Shown in pieces: positions 54,834-64,000 of a stretch of 64,000 bases of DNA. Below the pieces are notes generated by a model that was not told the DNA's origin, did not search any database, and saw nothing but the letters and a program-made list of their open reading frames with translations. Source of the DNA: Pseudolabrys sp. (GTDB taxonomy: Bacteria; Pseudomonadota; Alphaproteobacteria; Rhizobiales; Xanthobacteraceae); assembly GCF_035943735.1 (NCBI RefSeq), contig NZ_DASZBV010000019.1, positions 5,463 to 69,462 of the forward strand, read 5' to 3'. Each line of letters opens with the position of its first letter. Positions within the stretch are counted from its first letter, which is position 1. The translations under genes and the position numbers were made by a program.

Positions 54834-56030
54834 TCAGGCCGCTCTCTTTCGCGCCCAAGGCAGCGCGACAAGTGCCATGGCCGTGAACGCCGCACCGGCG
54901 AGGAACGTGCCTTCCGGTCCGGCGATCTGCCACAGCGCACCGGCGACGATGCTCGCGACCAGGAGCGCGATGCCGCCGACGAGATTGAAAACGCCGAACG
55001 CGGTGCCGCGCAATTCCGCCGGCGCTGTGTCGGCGACCATCGCCGACAACAGGCCCTGCGTCAGGCCCATGTGCAGACCCCACAGCGCGACGCCGAGCAT
55101 CACGACGGCGACGCTGCCGTTCACCGCCAGGATCACGTCGGCGACGATCAGAAGCGCGAAGCCAATGGTCAGCAGACGATAGCGGCCCATGCCGTCCGAC
55201 AGCACACCCGCGGGCCAGGCCGACAGCGCATAGACGACGTTCATCACCACCATCACCGACGGCACCAGCGCCAATGGCAGGCCGGCCGCCTGCGCGCGCA
55301 GCAGCAGGAACGCTTCGCTGAAGCGGGCGAGCGTGAACACCGCCGAGACGGCGACGATCATCCAGTAGGCCGTCGGCAGCCGGGAAAGCTCCGCGCGCGA
55401 GAACGGCGACTTCACCGTGCGCACACCCGCGGGCCGTTCCGGCTCGCGCACGCCGAAGACGATGACGGCGACCGAAACGAAGGCCGGGACCACCGCGATC
55501 CAGAACACCGCTTTGAAGTCGTCGGCCAGCCACGCCATGAATGCGATCGCCGCAAGCGGTCCGAGCACCGCGCCGATCGTGTCGAGCGATTGACGCAAGC
55601 CGAAAGCGCCACCGCGCGCGCCGCGTGGCGTAAGATCGGCGATCAACGCATCGCGCGGCGCACCGCGGATGCCCTTGCCGACGCGGTCGACGAAGCGCGC
55701 CGCGGTGATGCTGACGATGCCGGTCGCGAGCGGGAATACGGGCTTGGTGATCGCCGCGAGCCCATAGCCGGCGGCCGCCAGCCATTTGCGGTGGCCGAGA
55801 TAGTCGCTCAGCGCGCCGGAGAAGATCTTGGTGATCGAGGCGGTCGCCTCAGCAATGCCTTCGATGATGCCGACGGTGAGCGTCGAAACACCCAACACGC
55901 TCACGAGGTAGAGCGGCAGCAGCGCATGGATCATCTCGGAGGAGAGATCCATGAACATCGAGACGAGCCCGAGCAGCCAGACGCTGCGCGGGATGCTGCG
56001 CCAGTTGAGAGGTGAAGAGGAGTTGGGCAT
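54834..56030 (-). CDS. MFS transporter
   Basis: About 12 TM segments. I prefer ATG at 56030; the listed start 56045 is a GTG inside a REP hairpin. Confidence 0.85.
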   Translation of the reverse strand: MPNSSSPLNWRSIPRSVWLLGLVSMFMDLSSEMIHALLPLYLVSVLGVSTLTVGIIEGIAEATASITKIFSGALSDYLGHRKWLAAAGYGLAAITKPVFPLATGIVSITAARFVDRVGKGIRGAPRDALIADLTPRGARGGAFGLRQSLDTIGAVLGPLAAIAFMAWLADDFKAVFWIAVVPAFVSVAVIVFGVREPERPAGVRTVKSPFSRAELSRLPTAYWMIVAVSAVFTLARFSEAFLLLRAQAAGLPLALVPSVMVVMNVVYALSAWPAGVLSDGMGRYRLLTIGFALLIVADVILAVNGSVAVVMLGVALWGLHMGLTQGLLSAMVADTAPAELRGTAFGVFNLVGGIALLVASIVAGALWQIAGPEGTFLAGAAFTAMALVALPWARKRAA

Positions 56031-56044
56031 GGCTGCTCTCTTCA

Positions 56045-56069
56045 CCTCTCCCCGGTTGCGGGGAGAGGG
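56045..56069. repeat. REP hairpin
   Basis: CCTCTCCCCG-gtt-GCGGGGAGAGG. Confidence 0.85.
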
Positions 56070-56072
56070 AAG

Positions 56073-58286
56073 TTACGCCGCCTTGGCTTTCGGCGGGGCG
56101 AAGCGGCCGTAGAAGCTCTCGCCCTTCTCCGCCATTTCCACCAGCAGCTTGCCGGGCTTGAAGCGCGCGCCGTACTTCGCTTCGAACTTGCGGCAGAGCG
56201 CGACGAAATTTTTCGTCCCCATCATGTCGATGTAGGAGAGCGTGCCGCCGGTGAACGGCGCGAAGCCGAAGCCGAGGATCGAGCCGACATCGGCCTCGCG
56301 CACGTCGGTGACGACGTGCTCCTCGAAGGTGCGCGCGGCCTCGACCGCCTGCACCACAAGGAAGCGCTGCTTCAACTCATTGACGTCGAGCGCGTCGATC
56401 TCCTCGCGCGTGAGCTTCTTCGGCAGCAGCTCCGCAAGCCCCGGCCACAGCCGCTTCGGGGCGCCTTGCGGATAATCGTAGAAGCCCTTGCCGTTCTTGC
56501 GGCCGAGGCGCTGCAGTTTCTCGACCATCGTTTCCAAAAGCTGCTTCTGCTGCGGATTGATCGCCTGGGGCCCGAGATCGTGCTCGGCGGCGCGCACGAT
56601 CCTCAGACCGAGATCGAGCGCGGTCTCGTCGTTGAGCGACAAAGGCCCGACCGGCATGCCGGCCATGCGCGCGGTGTTCTCGATCATCGCCGCGGGCACG
56701 CCCTCCAGCAGCATCAAATGGCCTTCCTGGATGTAGTTCAGGACGCAGCGATTGGCGTAGAAGCCGCGCGTATCGTTGACCACGATCGGCGTCTTCTTGA
56801 TCGCGCGCACGTAATCGAGCGCCACCGCGAGCGCGCGGTCGCCGGTCTCCTTGCCGACGATGATCTCGGTCAGCATCATCAACGCCACCGGCGAGAAGAA
56901 ATGGATGCCGATGAAGCGCTTGGGATCCTTGAACTCGGTGGCGAGAGAGGTGATCGGCAGGGTGGAGGTATTGGAGGCGAAGATGGCGTCGTCGCGAATG
57001 ACCGCCTGCACCTTGGCGATGACGTCGGCCTTGACCTTGCGGTCCTCGAACACGGCCTCGACGACGAGATCGCAGTCCTTCAGCGCGCCGTAGTCGCCGC
57101 TCGGCGTGATCTTCTCCAAAAGCACGTCGCGCTCGGCGCTCTTCATACGGCCCTTGTTGACGCGGTCGGTCAGCGATTTGTGCACGCCGGCCTTGCCTTT
57201 GTCGGCGGTCTCCTGGTCGCGGTCGATGAGCACGACGGAAAGCCCGGCCGCGGCCGTCACCTGCGCGATGCCGGCGCCCATGAAGCCGGCGCCGACGATG
57301 CCGATCTTCTTGAGCTGCGAGGCCGGCTCCTTCGGCGGCCGGCGCGCGCCCTTGTTCAATTCCTGCATCGACACGAACAAGGTGCGGATCATCGCCGCCG
57401 CCTCCGGCGAGCGCAGGATCTTGGCGAACCAGCGCGACTCGACGCGCAGCGCGGTGTCCATGTCGAGCTGCAGGCCTTCGTAGACGACCTGCATGATGGC
57501 GCGTGCCGCGGGATAATTGTCGTATGTTTCGCGGCGATAGATCGCATTCGCCGGCGTGAAGGTCATCATGCCGGCCTTCGACCAGACGAGGCCGCCGGGC
57601 AGACGGAAGCCCTTCTCGTCCCATGGCGCCACCGCCTTGCCGCCGCCTTTGATCCACTCCTTCGCTGCCTTGATCAGATCGGCCGCGGGCACGACCGCGT
57701 CGATGAGCTTCATCGCCTTGGCGCGATCGGTCTTCAGTTGCTCGCCTTTGAGCAGGAACTGCAGCGCGTCGGCGGGCGGCAGGATGCGCGCCACGCGCTG
57801 CGTACCGCCGGCGCCGGGGAACAGACCGACCTTGATCTCGGGCAGGCCGAGCCGCGTCTTCGGATTGTCTGACGCGATGCGGTGATGGCAGGCGAGCGCC
57901 AGCTCGAAGCCGCCGCCCATCGCCGTGCCGTTGAGTGCGCAGACCCACGGCTTGCCGCACGTCTCGATGCGGCGATAGAGCTGCGACAGCTTGCGGCTTT
58001 CCTCGAACACGTAGGCGGCGGCCTTCTCCTCGCCTTCGCGCTTGAGCTTGTCGGCGTAGATCGCGCCCATCTTCTCAAGCATCGTCAGGTCGGCGCCGCC
58101 GCAGAAGGCGTCCTTGCCGGAGGTGACGATCACGCCCTTGATGGCGGCGTCGGCGATCACCTTGTCGACGATCGCGGACAATTCGGCGATCGTCTCGCCG
58201 GTGATGACGTTCATCGATTTACCCGGCATGTCCCAGGTGACGAGCGCGATGCCGTCGGCGTCGATGTCGAATTTGAAATTGGCCAT
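56073..58286 (-). CDS. multifunctional enoyl-CoA hydratase / 3-hydroxyacyl-CoA dehydrogenase (FadB/FadJ-type)
   Basis: 737 aa with an N-terminal crotonase fold and central NAD-binding GIVGAGFMGAGIA. Confidence 0.92.
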   Translation of the reverse strand: MANFKFDIDADGIALVTWDMPGKSMNVITGETIAELSAIVDKVIADAAIKGVIVTSGKDAFCGGADLTMLEKMGAIYADKLKREGEEKAAAYVFEESRKLSQLYRRIETCGKPWVCALNGTAMGGGFELALACHHRIASDNPKTRLGLPEIKVGLFPGAGGTQRVARILPPADALQFLLKGEQLKTDRAKAMKLIDAVVPAADLIKAAKEWIKGGGKAVAPWDEKGFRLPGGLVWSKAGMMTFTPANAIYRRETYDNYPAARAIMQVVYEGLQLDMDTALRVESRWFAKILRSPEAAAMIRTLFVSMQELNKGARRPPKEPASQLKKIGIVGAGFMGAGIAQVTAAAGLSVVLIDRDQETADKGKAGVHKSLTDRVNKGRMKSAERDVLLEKITPSGDYGALKDCDLVVEAVFEDRKVKADVIAKVQAVIRDDAIFASNTSTLPITSLATEFKDPKRFIGIHFFSPVALMMLTEIIVGKETGDRALAVALDYVRAIKKTPIVVNDTRGFYANRCVLNYIQEGHLMLLEGVPAAMIENTARMAGMPVGPLSLNDETALDLGLRIVRAAEHDLGPQAINPQQKQLLETMVEKLQRLGRKNGKGFYDYPQGAPKRLWPGLAELLPKKLTREEIDALDVNELKQRFLVVQAVEAARTFEEHVVTDVREADVGSILGFGFAPFTGGTLSYIDMMGTKNFVALCRKFEAKYGARFKPGKLLVEMAEKGESFYGRFAPPKAKAA

Positions 58287-58300
58287 TGCGCCTTTGTCCT

Positions 58301-58762
58301 TCAGGTGTACGGTTCGCCGCTCTTGTGCAGATAACGGCGGCCGGTCTTGTCGCGTTCGAGCAGCAGATCGACGTCCGGATAATGCACGCGGTCGTGCGGC
58401 GACCGGGTGCCGACCTCGAAGTAGACGGCGTCCTTGGTCGATCGGTTGACGAGGCGATGCGCGTTGCCGCTGTTGGCCTTGAAGCCGGCACAGTCGCCGG
58501 CCGTCAGCACCACCTCGCCGTCATTCTCGATCAGCACCAGTTCGCCTTCGAGCATGTAGATGAATTCATCTTCCTGCTCGTGATAGTGCCGCAGCGACGA
58601 CGCGGCGCCGGGCGCGATACGCGTAATGTTGACGCCGAATTGGGTCAGGCCAACGGCGTCGCCGAGGGCCTGCTTGTGCCGCTCCTTGTGCTCGGCCTGG
58701 AACGGCGCCGGATAGAAGCTGCCGCTCTTCACCGGGACTTTCGCTACGTCGACCTTGGGCAT
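58301..58762 (-). CDS. cupin domain protein
   Basis: 153 aa with a cupin motif (HYHEQEDEFIYMLEGE...H). Confidence 0.8.
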   Translation of the reverse strand: MPKVDVAKVPVKSGSFYPAPFQAEHKERHKQALGDAVGLTQFGVNITRIAPGAASSLRHYHEQEDEFIYMLEGELVLIENDGEVVLTAGDCAGFKANSGNAHRLVNRSTKDAVYFEVGTRSPHDRVHYPDVDLLLERDKTGRRYLHKSGEPYT

Positions 58763-58784
58763 CTCCTCGGCCTCTCCTTCTTCA

Positions 58785-58808
58785 CCTCTCCCGCGTGCGG
58801 GGAGAGGG
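58785..58808. repeat. REP hairpin
   Basis: CCTCTCCCGC-gt-GCGGGGAGAGG. Confidence 0.85.
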
Positions 58809-58813
58809 AAAGA

Positions 58814-60022
<1,209 letters not shown>

Positions 60023-60040
60023 GGGTCGATCTCCTCCTTA

Positions 60041-60190
60041 CCCTCTCCCCTTGTGGGAGAGGGTGGCGACTTGCGAGCGCAGCGAGCAAGGCGCCGGGTG
60101 AGGGGGAGAGGTTACAGCAGAGCGGCCCCCTCACCCGCCCTCGCTCGGCTTCGCCTCCGCTCGGGCACCCTCTCCCACAAGGGGAGAGGG
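60041..60190. repeat. ~150-bp nested palindrome, near-duplicate of 12861..12998
   Basis: CCCTCTCCCC-ttg-TGGGAGAGGG ... GGGTGAGGGGG ... CCCCCTCACCCGCCCTCGCTCGGCTTCGCC ... CCCTCTCCC-acaa-GGGGAGAGGG. Confidence 0.9.
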
Positions 60191-60230
60191 AAAGCGCGCC
60201 AGCGGCTGGCCTTATCTCACACCTGCGAAG

Positions 60231-61388
60231 CTACAAACTCCGCGCGATCAACAGCTTCATGATCTCGTTCGTTCCTGCGTAGATACGCAGCACGCGCGCA
60301 TCGCGGTAGAGCCGCGAGATCGGATATTCGTCCATGTAGCCGTAGCCGCCGAACAACTGCAGGCAGCGGTCGATGACGCGGCCCTGCGTGTCGGTAAGCT
60401 TGTATTTGGCCATCGAAGCCGTGACGGTGTCGAGCTTGCCCTCGATGTGCTGGCCGATGCAGTGGTCGAGGAAGACCTTGGCGATCGTGGCTTCCGTCTT
60501 GCACTCGGCGAGTTCGAACTGCGTGTTCTGAAATTCGATGATTTTCTTGCCGAAGGCGGAGCGCTGCTTGACGTAATCGACGGTGAGCGCGAGCGCCCGC
60601 TCCATCATCGCCACGGCGTGCACCGCGACGATCAGCCGCTCCTGCGGCAGTTCCTTCATCAGCTGATAGAAACCCTGCCCCTCCTCGGTGCCGAGCAGGT
60701 TCTCGGCCGGCAAACGCACGTCCTCGAAGAACAGTTCCGAGGTGTCGGCCGAGTCCATGCCGAGCTTGGCGAGCTTGCGGCCGCGGCGGAAGCCGGGCGC
60801 GTCGTCGGTCTCGACCACCATCAGCGACGTGCCTTTGGCGCCGGCGGACGCATCGGTCTTGGCGACGACGACGATCAGGTTGGCGTGCTGACCGTTGGTG
60901 ATGAAGGTCTTCGAGCCGTTGAGCACGTAGCCGTTGCCCGACTTCTCGGCCTTGGTGCGCACGCCTTGCAGGTCGGAGCCGGTGCCCGGCTCGGTCATAG
61001 CGATGGCCCCGACGAGCTCACCGGTGGCGAGTTTCGGCAGCCAGCGCTTTTTCTGCTCCTCGGTGCCGTAATGAAGGATGTAGGGCGCCACGATGCCGGA
61101 GTGCAAAGGCGCGCCGAAGGTATCGAAGCCGGACAACGAATATTCGCGGTTGATCACCGCCTCATGCGCAAAGCTGCCGCCCGCGCCGCCATATTCTTCA
61201 GGCATCGCGGCGCAGAGCAGGCCGGCGGCGCCCGCCTTGGTCCACACCTCGCGCTCGTACAGACCGGCCTCGTGCCAGCGGTCGATGTTGGGCGTGAACT
61301 CGTCGGCCATGAAGCGCCGCGCCTGCTCCTCGAGCAGGACGAGGTCTTCGGTCATCCAGGCGGGGCGGGGAAGGTCGAGGGCGTCCAT
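60231..61388 (-). CDS. acyl-CoA dehydrogenase
   Basis: ACAD family (AMTEPGTGSD, ...GGYGY..EYP..R.YRDAR...I..GT.EI). I prefer ATG 61388; the listed start 61397 is TTG. Confidence 0.92.
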   Translation of the reverse strand: MDALDLPRPAWMTEDLVLLEEQARRFMADEFTPNIDRWHEAGLYEREVWTKAGAAGLLCAAMPEEYGGAGGSFAHEAVINREYSLSGFDTFGAPLHSGIVAPYILHYGTEEQKKRWLPKLATGELVGAIAMTEPGTGSDLQGVRTKAEKSGNGYVLNGSKTFITNGQHANLIVVVAKTDASAGAKGTSLMVVETDDAPGFRRGRKLAKLGMDSADTSELFFEDVRLPAENLLGTEEGQGFYQLMKELPQERLIVAVHAVAMMERALALTVDYVKQRSAFGKKIIEFQNTQFELAECKTEATIAKVFLDHCIGQHIEGKLDTVTASMAKYKLTDTQGRVIDRCLQLFGGYGYMDEYPISRLYRDARVLRIYAGTNEIMKLLIARSL

Positions 61389-61490
61389 CGGTCCCAAAGG
61401 TCGCGCGACTCAGGGGACCAACACAATAGGCGCGCCGTGTGACAAGGGCGAGGCCTTGCCGAGAGTCACTAAGCACCAGTCGGTCTTTAC

Positions 61491-61682
61491 CCTTCCCTGG
61501 CGGGGGAGGGTCGGATCGCCGAAGGCGATCCGGGGTGGGGTGAATTTCCGAAAGTTCACCCCCTCCCGTCAGCCGCCGCTGCGCGGCGACTGACGAGCGT
61601 CCCCGGGGTCGAAGTCGGATATATCCGACTTCGACGACTTTAGATGCCGAACTCGGGTAAACCCGAGTTCGGCGAGGGGGTG
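61491..61682. repeat. REP-like palindrome cluster
   Basis: GGGGGAGGGTCGGATCGCC-gaa-GGCGATCCGGGGTGGGG; GTCGAAGTCGGA-tatat-TCCGACTTCGAC; CCGAACTCGGG-taaa-CCCGAGTTCGG. The last two are inverted copies of hairpins at 606-671. Confidence 0.85.
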
Positions 61683-61717
61683 AAGAGAGACGCGGCTCCG
61701 GCCAGCCGTCCTCAAAC

Positions 61718-62884
61718 CTACTTCGCGTGCGCCGGATCCTTCACGTCCTTGATCGTGTCGATCTCGACGTTCTGCATGCCGTCTCCGACCTTCTCGACCT
61801 TGCGGATATAAACGTTCTGCACAATATCGCGCGTCGCCGGGTCGATCGAGATCGGGCCGCGCGGGCTTTCCCACTTCATGCCCTTGGCGGCGGCGATCAG
61901 CGAGTCGCCGTCGGCCTTGCCCTTGGTCTTCTTCAGCGCCTCGTAGATCAGGTGCATACCGTCCCAAGCGCCGACCGAGAACACGTCGGGATGGCGTTTG
62001 AACTCGGCCTCGTAAGCCTTCACGAAGGCTTCGTTCATCTTCGATTTGTGCTCCCAGCTGTAGTGGAAGACCGTGCGAATGCCGAGCGCGTTGTCGCCCA
62101 TGCTCTTGAGCGCGTTGTCGTCCATGGTGAGTTCACCCTGCGCGAAGATCTTGTCGCCGGGGAAGCCGCGCTCCTTGAGCGCCTTCGTGAGGGCGATCGG
62201 CTGCGCGCCGCCCGGGATAAAGATGAAGACACCGTCCGGGTTGATGTCCTTGGCGCGCTGCACGAAGGCGGAGAAGTCCGGATTGGCGACCGGCATGCGC
62301 ACCGAGCCGACGATCTCGCCACCGGCTTCCTTGAAGCCTTTCGTGAACCAGGTCTCGGCATCGATGCCGGGGCCGTAGTCCGCGACCATCGTGTACATCT
62401 TCTTCATGCCGTGCCCACGCACCCACTTGCCGAACTGATATTCAAGCTGCGGGATGGTGAGCGAGGTGCGCGCGATATAAGGCGATTTCTCGGTGATGAT
62501 CGAGGTCGCCGCGTTCATATCGACGAGCAGCTTCTTGCCTTCCGCCGACACGCCCGCCGCGCCGAGCGCTTCCGGCGTCAGCGTGAAGCCGGCGAGGATG
62601 TCGACCTTGTCGCGCACGACCAGTTCCTGCGCGAGCCGCTTGGCAACGTCTGGGTTGGGGCCGCCGGTGTCCTTGCGGATGAACTCGATCTTCTTGCCGG
62701 CGACGGTGTCGCCATGCTGCTTGACCCACAGCTTGATGCCGTTGTCCATCTGCGTGGCCGTATCGGCGAACTGGCCGGAATAGGCCATGATCAGCCCGAT
62801 CTTCACCGTCCCCTGAGCCTGCGCGGACGCGGCCGCGAAGGCGAAGGCGGCAACGCCGAAAAGTGCTGTTGCAATCCGCCGCAT
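61718..62884 (-). CDS. ABC transporter substrate-binding protein, LivK-like (close paralog of 961..2130)
   Basis: ATG at 62884 after GGGAGGAG, giving 388 aa with a signal peptide. It shares long identical peptide runs with 961..2130. The rest of the listed 759-aa ORF is antisense shadow of the next gene. Confidence 0.9.
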   Translation of the reverse strand: MRRIATALFGVAAFAFAAASAQAQGTVKIGLIMAYSGQFADTATQMDNGIKLWVKQHGDTVAGKKIEFIRKDTGGPNPDVAKRLAQELVVRDKVDILAGFTLTPEALGAAGVSAEGKKLLVDMNAATSIITEKSPYIARTSLTIPQLEYQFGKWVRGHGMKKMYTMVADYGPGIDAETWFTKGFKEAGGEIVGSVRMPVANPDFSAFVQRAKDINPDGVFIFIPGGAQPIALTKALKERGFPGDKIFAQGELTMDDNALKSMGDNALGIRTVFHYSWEHKSKMNEAFVKAYEAEFKRHPDVFSVGAWDGMHLIYEALKKTKGKADGDSLIAAAKGMKWESPRGPISIDPATRDIVQNVYIRKVEKVGDGMQNVEIDTIKDVKDPAHAK

Positions 62885-63031
62885 AGCTTGTCTCCTCCCA
62901 TGCTCATTGCGTTTTTTGGAACGATAGCGAAGCTGGCTTCCCGCGGTCAATGAATGGACTGCGGGAAAGCGGCCGGCCCACCATGGCCCACCCGCATGGC
63001 AAACGGGCCTTAGGCTAGAGGAGGGCGGCGC

Positions 63032-64000
63032 GTGCAGTTCGGCATCTTCGATCATCTCGACAGCGACGGCAGCGGTCTCGGCACGTTCTTCCGACGGCGG
63101 CTCGACCTCGTCACACTGATCGAGCAGGAAGGCTATGCCGGTTATCACCTCGCCGAGCACCACTCGACGCCGCTCGGGATGGCGGGAAGCCCGAGCGTCT
63201 TCCTCGCGGCGGCTGTCGCGCGCACGACGCGGCTGAGATTGGGCCCGCTCGTCTATGTGCTGCCGCTCCACCACCCGCTGCGGCTCTATGAGGAGATCTG
63301 CATGCTCGACCACATGTCGGGCGGCCGGCTGATGGTCGGCGTCGGCCGCGGCGGCGCGCTGCTCGAGCACGAGCGCTTCGGCGTCGATCCGGCGGCAGCA
63401 TCGAAAATGTACCATGAGGCCTTCGCCGTCCTGATGCGCGCGTTTGCCGACGACATCGTCAACTTCGAGGGGGCGTTCTACCGCTTCAAGGATTACGTGG
63501 TGCAGGCCAAGCCGGTGCAGCGGCCGCATCCGCCGATCTGGTATGGCGCGCCGAATGCCGACGCGATCCCATGGGCGGCGCCGAACGCGATCAACGTCGT
63601 CTCGCTCGGACCGGCGGCGCGGGCGCGCGCAATCAGCGACCGCTATCGCCAGGAATGGGACAAGCTCGGCCGCCCGGCCGAGACGTTGCCGAACATCGGC
63701 ATCACCCGCCACATCGTCGTCGCCGACACCGATGCGCAGGCGCAACGCATCGCCGCGGGCGCCTACGCGCATTGGCGCGAGGCGATGGAGTGGATCTGGC
63801 GCCGCGGCGGCGTGCCGTTCACGCTGAAGGACATCTACCCGGCCGACTTCCCGGCGCTCGCAGCGATCGGCCATGGCATCGCCGGCTCGCCGGCGACGGT
63901 GCGCGATTACATCGCGCGGCTGAAGGACGAGGCCGGCGTCAACTACGTGCTTTGCCAGATGGTGTTCGGAGACATGAATTTTACTGATGCGGAACATTCC
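63032..64000 (+). CDS. LLM-class (luciferase-like) flavin-dependent oxidoreductase, 3' end outside the window
   Basis: Not in the ORF track because it has no stop within the window. GTG at 63032 follows GAGGAGGG. My translation reads VQFGIFDHLDS...GYHLAEHHSTPLGMAGSPSVFLAAAVARTTRLRLGPLVYVLPLHHPLRLYEEICMLDHMSGGRLMVGVGRG.., and the frame is open to nt 64000. Confidence 0.8.
   Translation, partial: MQFGIFDHLDSDGSGLGTFFRRRLDLVTLIEQEGYAGYHLAEHHSTPLGMAGSPSVFLAAAVARTTRLRLGPLVYVLPLHHPLRLYEEICMLDHMSGGRLMVGVGRGGALLEHERFGVDPAAASKMYHEAFAVLMRAFADDIVNFEGAFYRFKDYVVQAKPVQRPHPPIWYGAPNADAIPWAAPNAINVVSLGPAARARAISDRYRQEWDKLGRPAETLPNIGITRHIVVADTDAQAQRIAAGAYAHWREAMEWIWRRGGVPFTLKDIYPADFPALAAIGHGIAGSPATVRDYIARLKDEAGVNYVLCQMVFGDMNFTDAEHS

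Noticed and set aside
62885-63997. The N-terminal ~370 aa of the listed 759-aa ORF 61718..63997 (-).
   Set aside because: The binding protein starts at ATG 62884, with an RBS and signal peptide. The remainder is antisense shadow of the LLM oxidoreductase gene on the plus strand.

Overview
High-GC alphaproteobacterial chromosomal segment; the gene content, FixLJ-FixK2-type circuitry and abundant 'CCTCTCCCC...GGGGAGAGG' palindromic repeats suggest a Bradyrhizobiaceae/Nitrobacteraceae-like genome (inference only). I call about 65 protein genes, one of them a pseudogene. I saw no rRNA, tRNA, CRISPR array, IS element or integrase by eye. The most organised feature is an oxygen-response island at 13.0-30.5 kb: fixNOQP (including an unlisted 51-codon fixQ), fixGHIS, fixLJ and fixK. 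Interspersed with these are a Spy/CpxP-like gene, a DASS-transporter/korAB operon, hsp20 and a CBS-BON gene. Every transcription unit there has a perfect TTGA-N6-TCAA (FixK/FNR-type) palindrome 52-83 nt upstream of its start codon. Two more such boxes lie outside the island, at 7949 and 37763. The rest is metabolic and transport housekeeping: a Liv-type ABC system, two polysaccharide-deacetylase paralogs, a split TPP decarboxylase with a TctC and an enolase-superfamily enzyme, a translationally coupled four-gene operon, opgD, tldD, lepB, gshA, ybaK, arsR-arsC-acr3 and a beta-oxidation operon. At least 14 nested-palindrome REP-like loci are scattered through the window. The items most worth a second look are: the FixK-box regulon membership, especially the O2-sensitive KorAB; a single-copy 161-nt nested inverted-repeat element next to a RecD-like helicase that carries an alphaproteobacterial SOS box; an EamA transporter gene with two in-frame nonsense codons; a cupin with a histone-H1-like tail; and a PAN-domain protein paired with a GT-C glycosyltransferase. 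I found no clearly novel multi-gene system such as a defence island. All functional calls rest on motif and family recognition by eye, without database searches.
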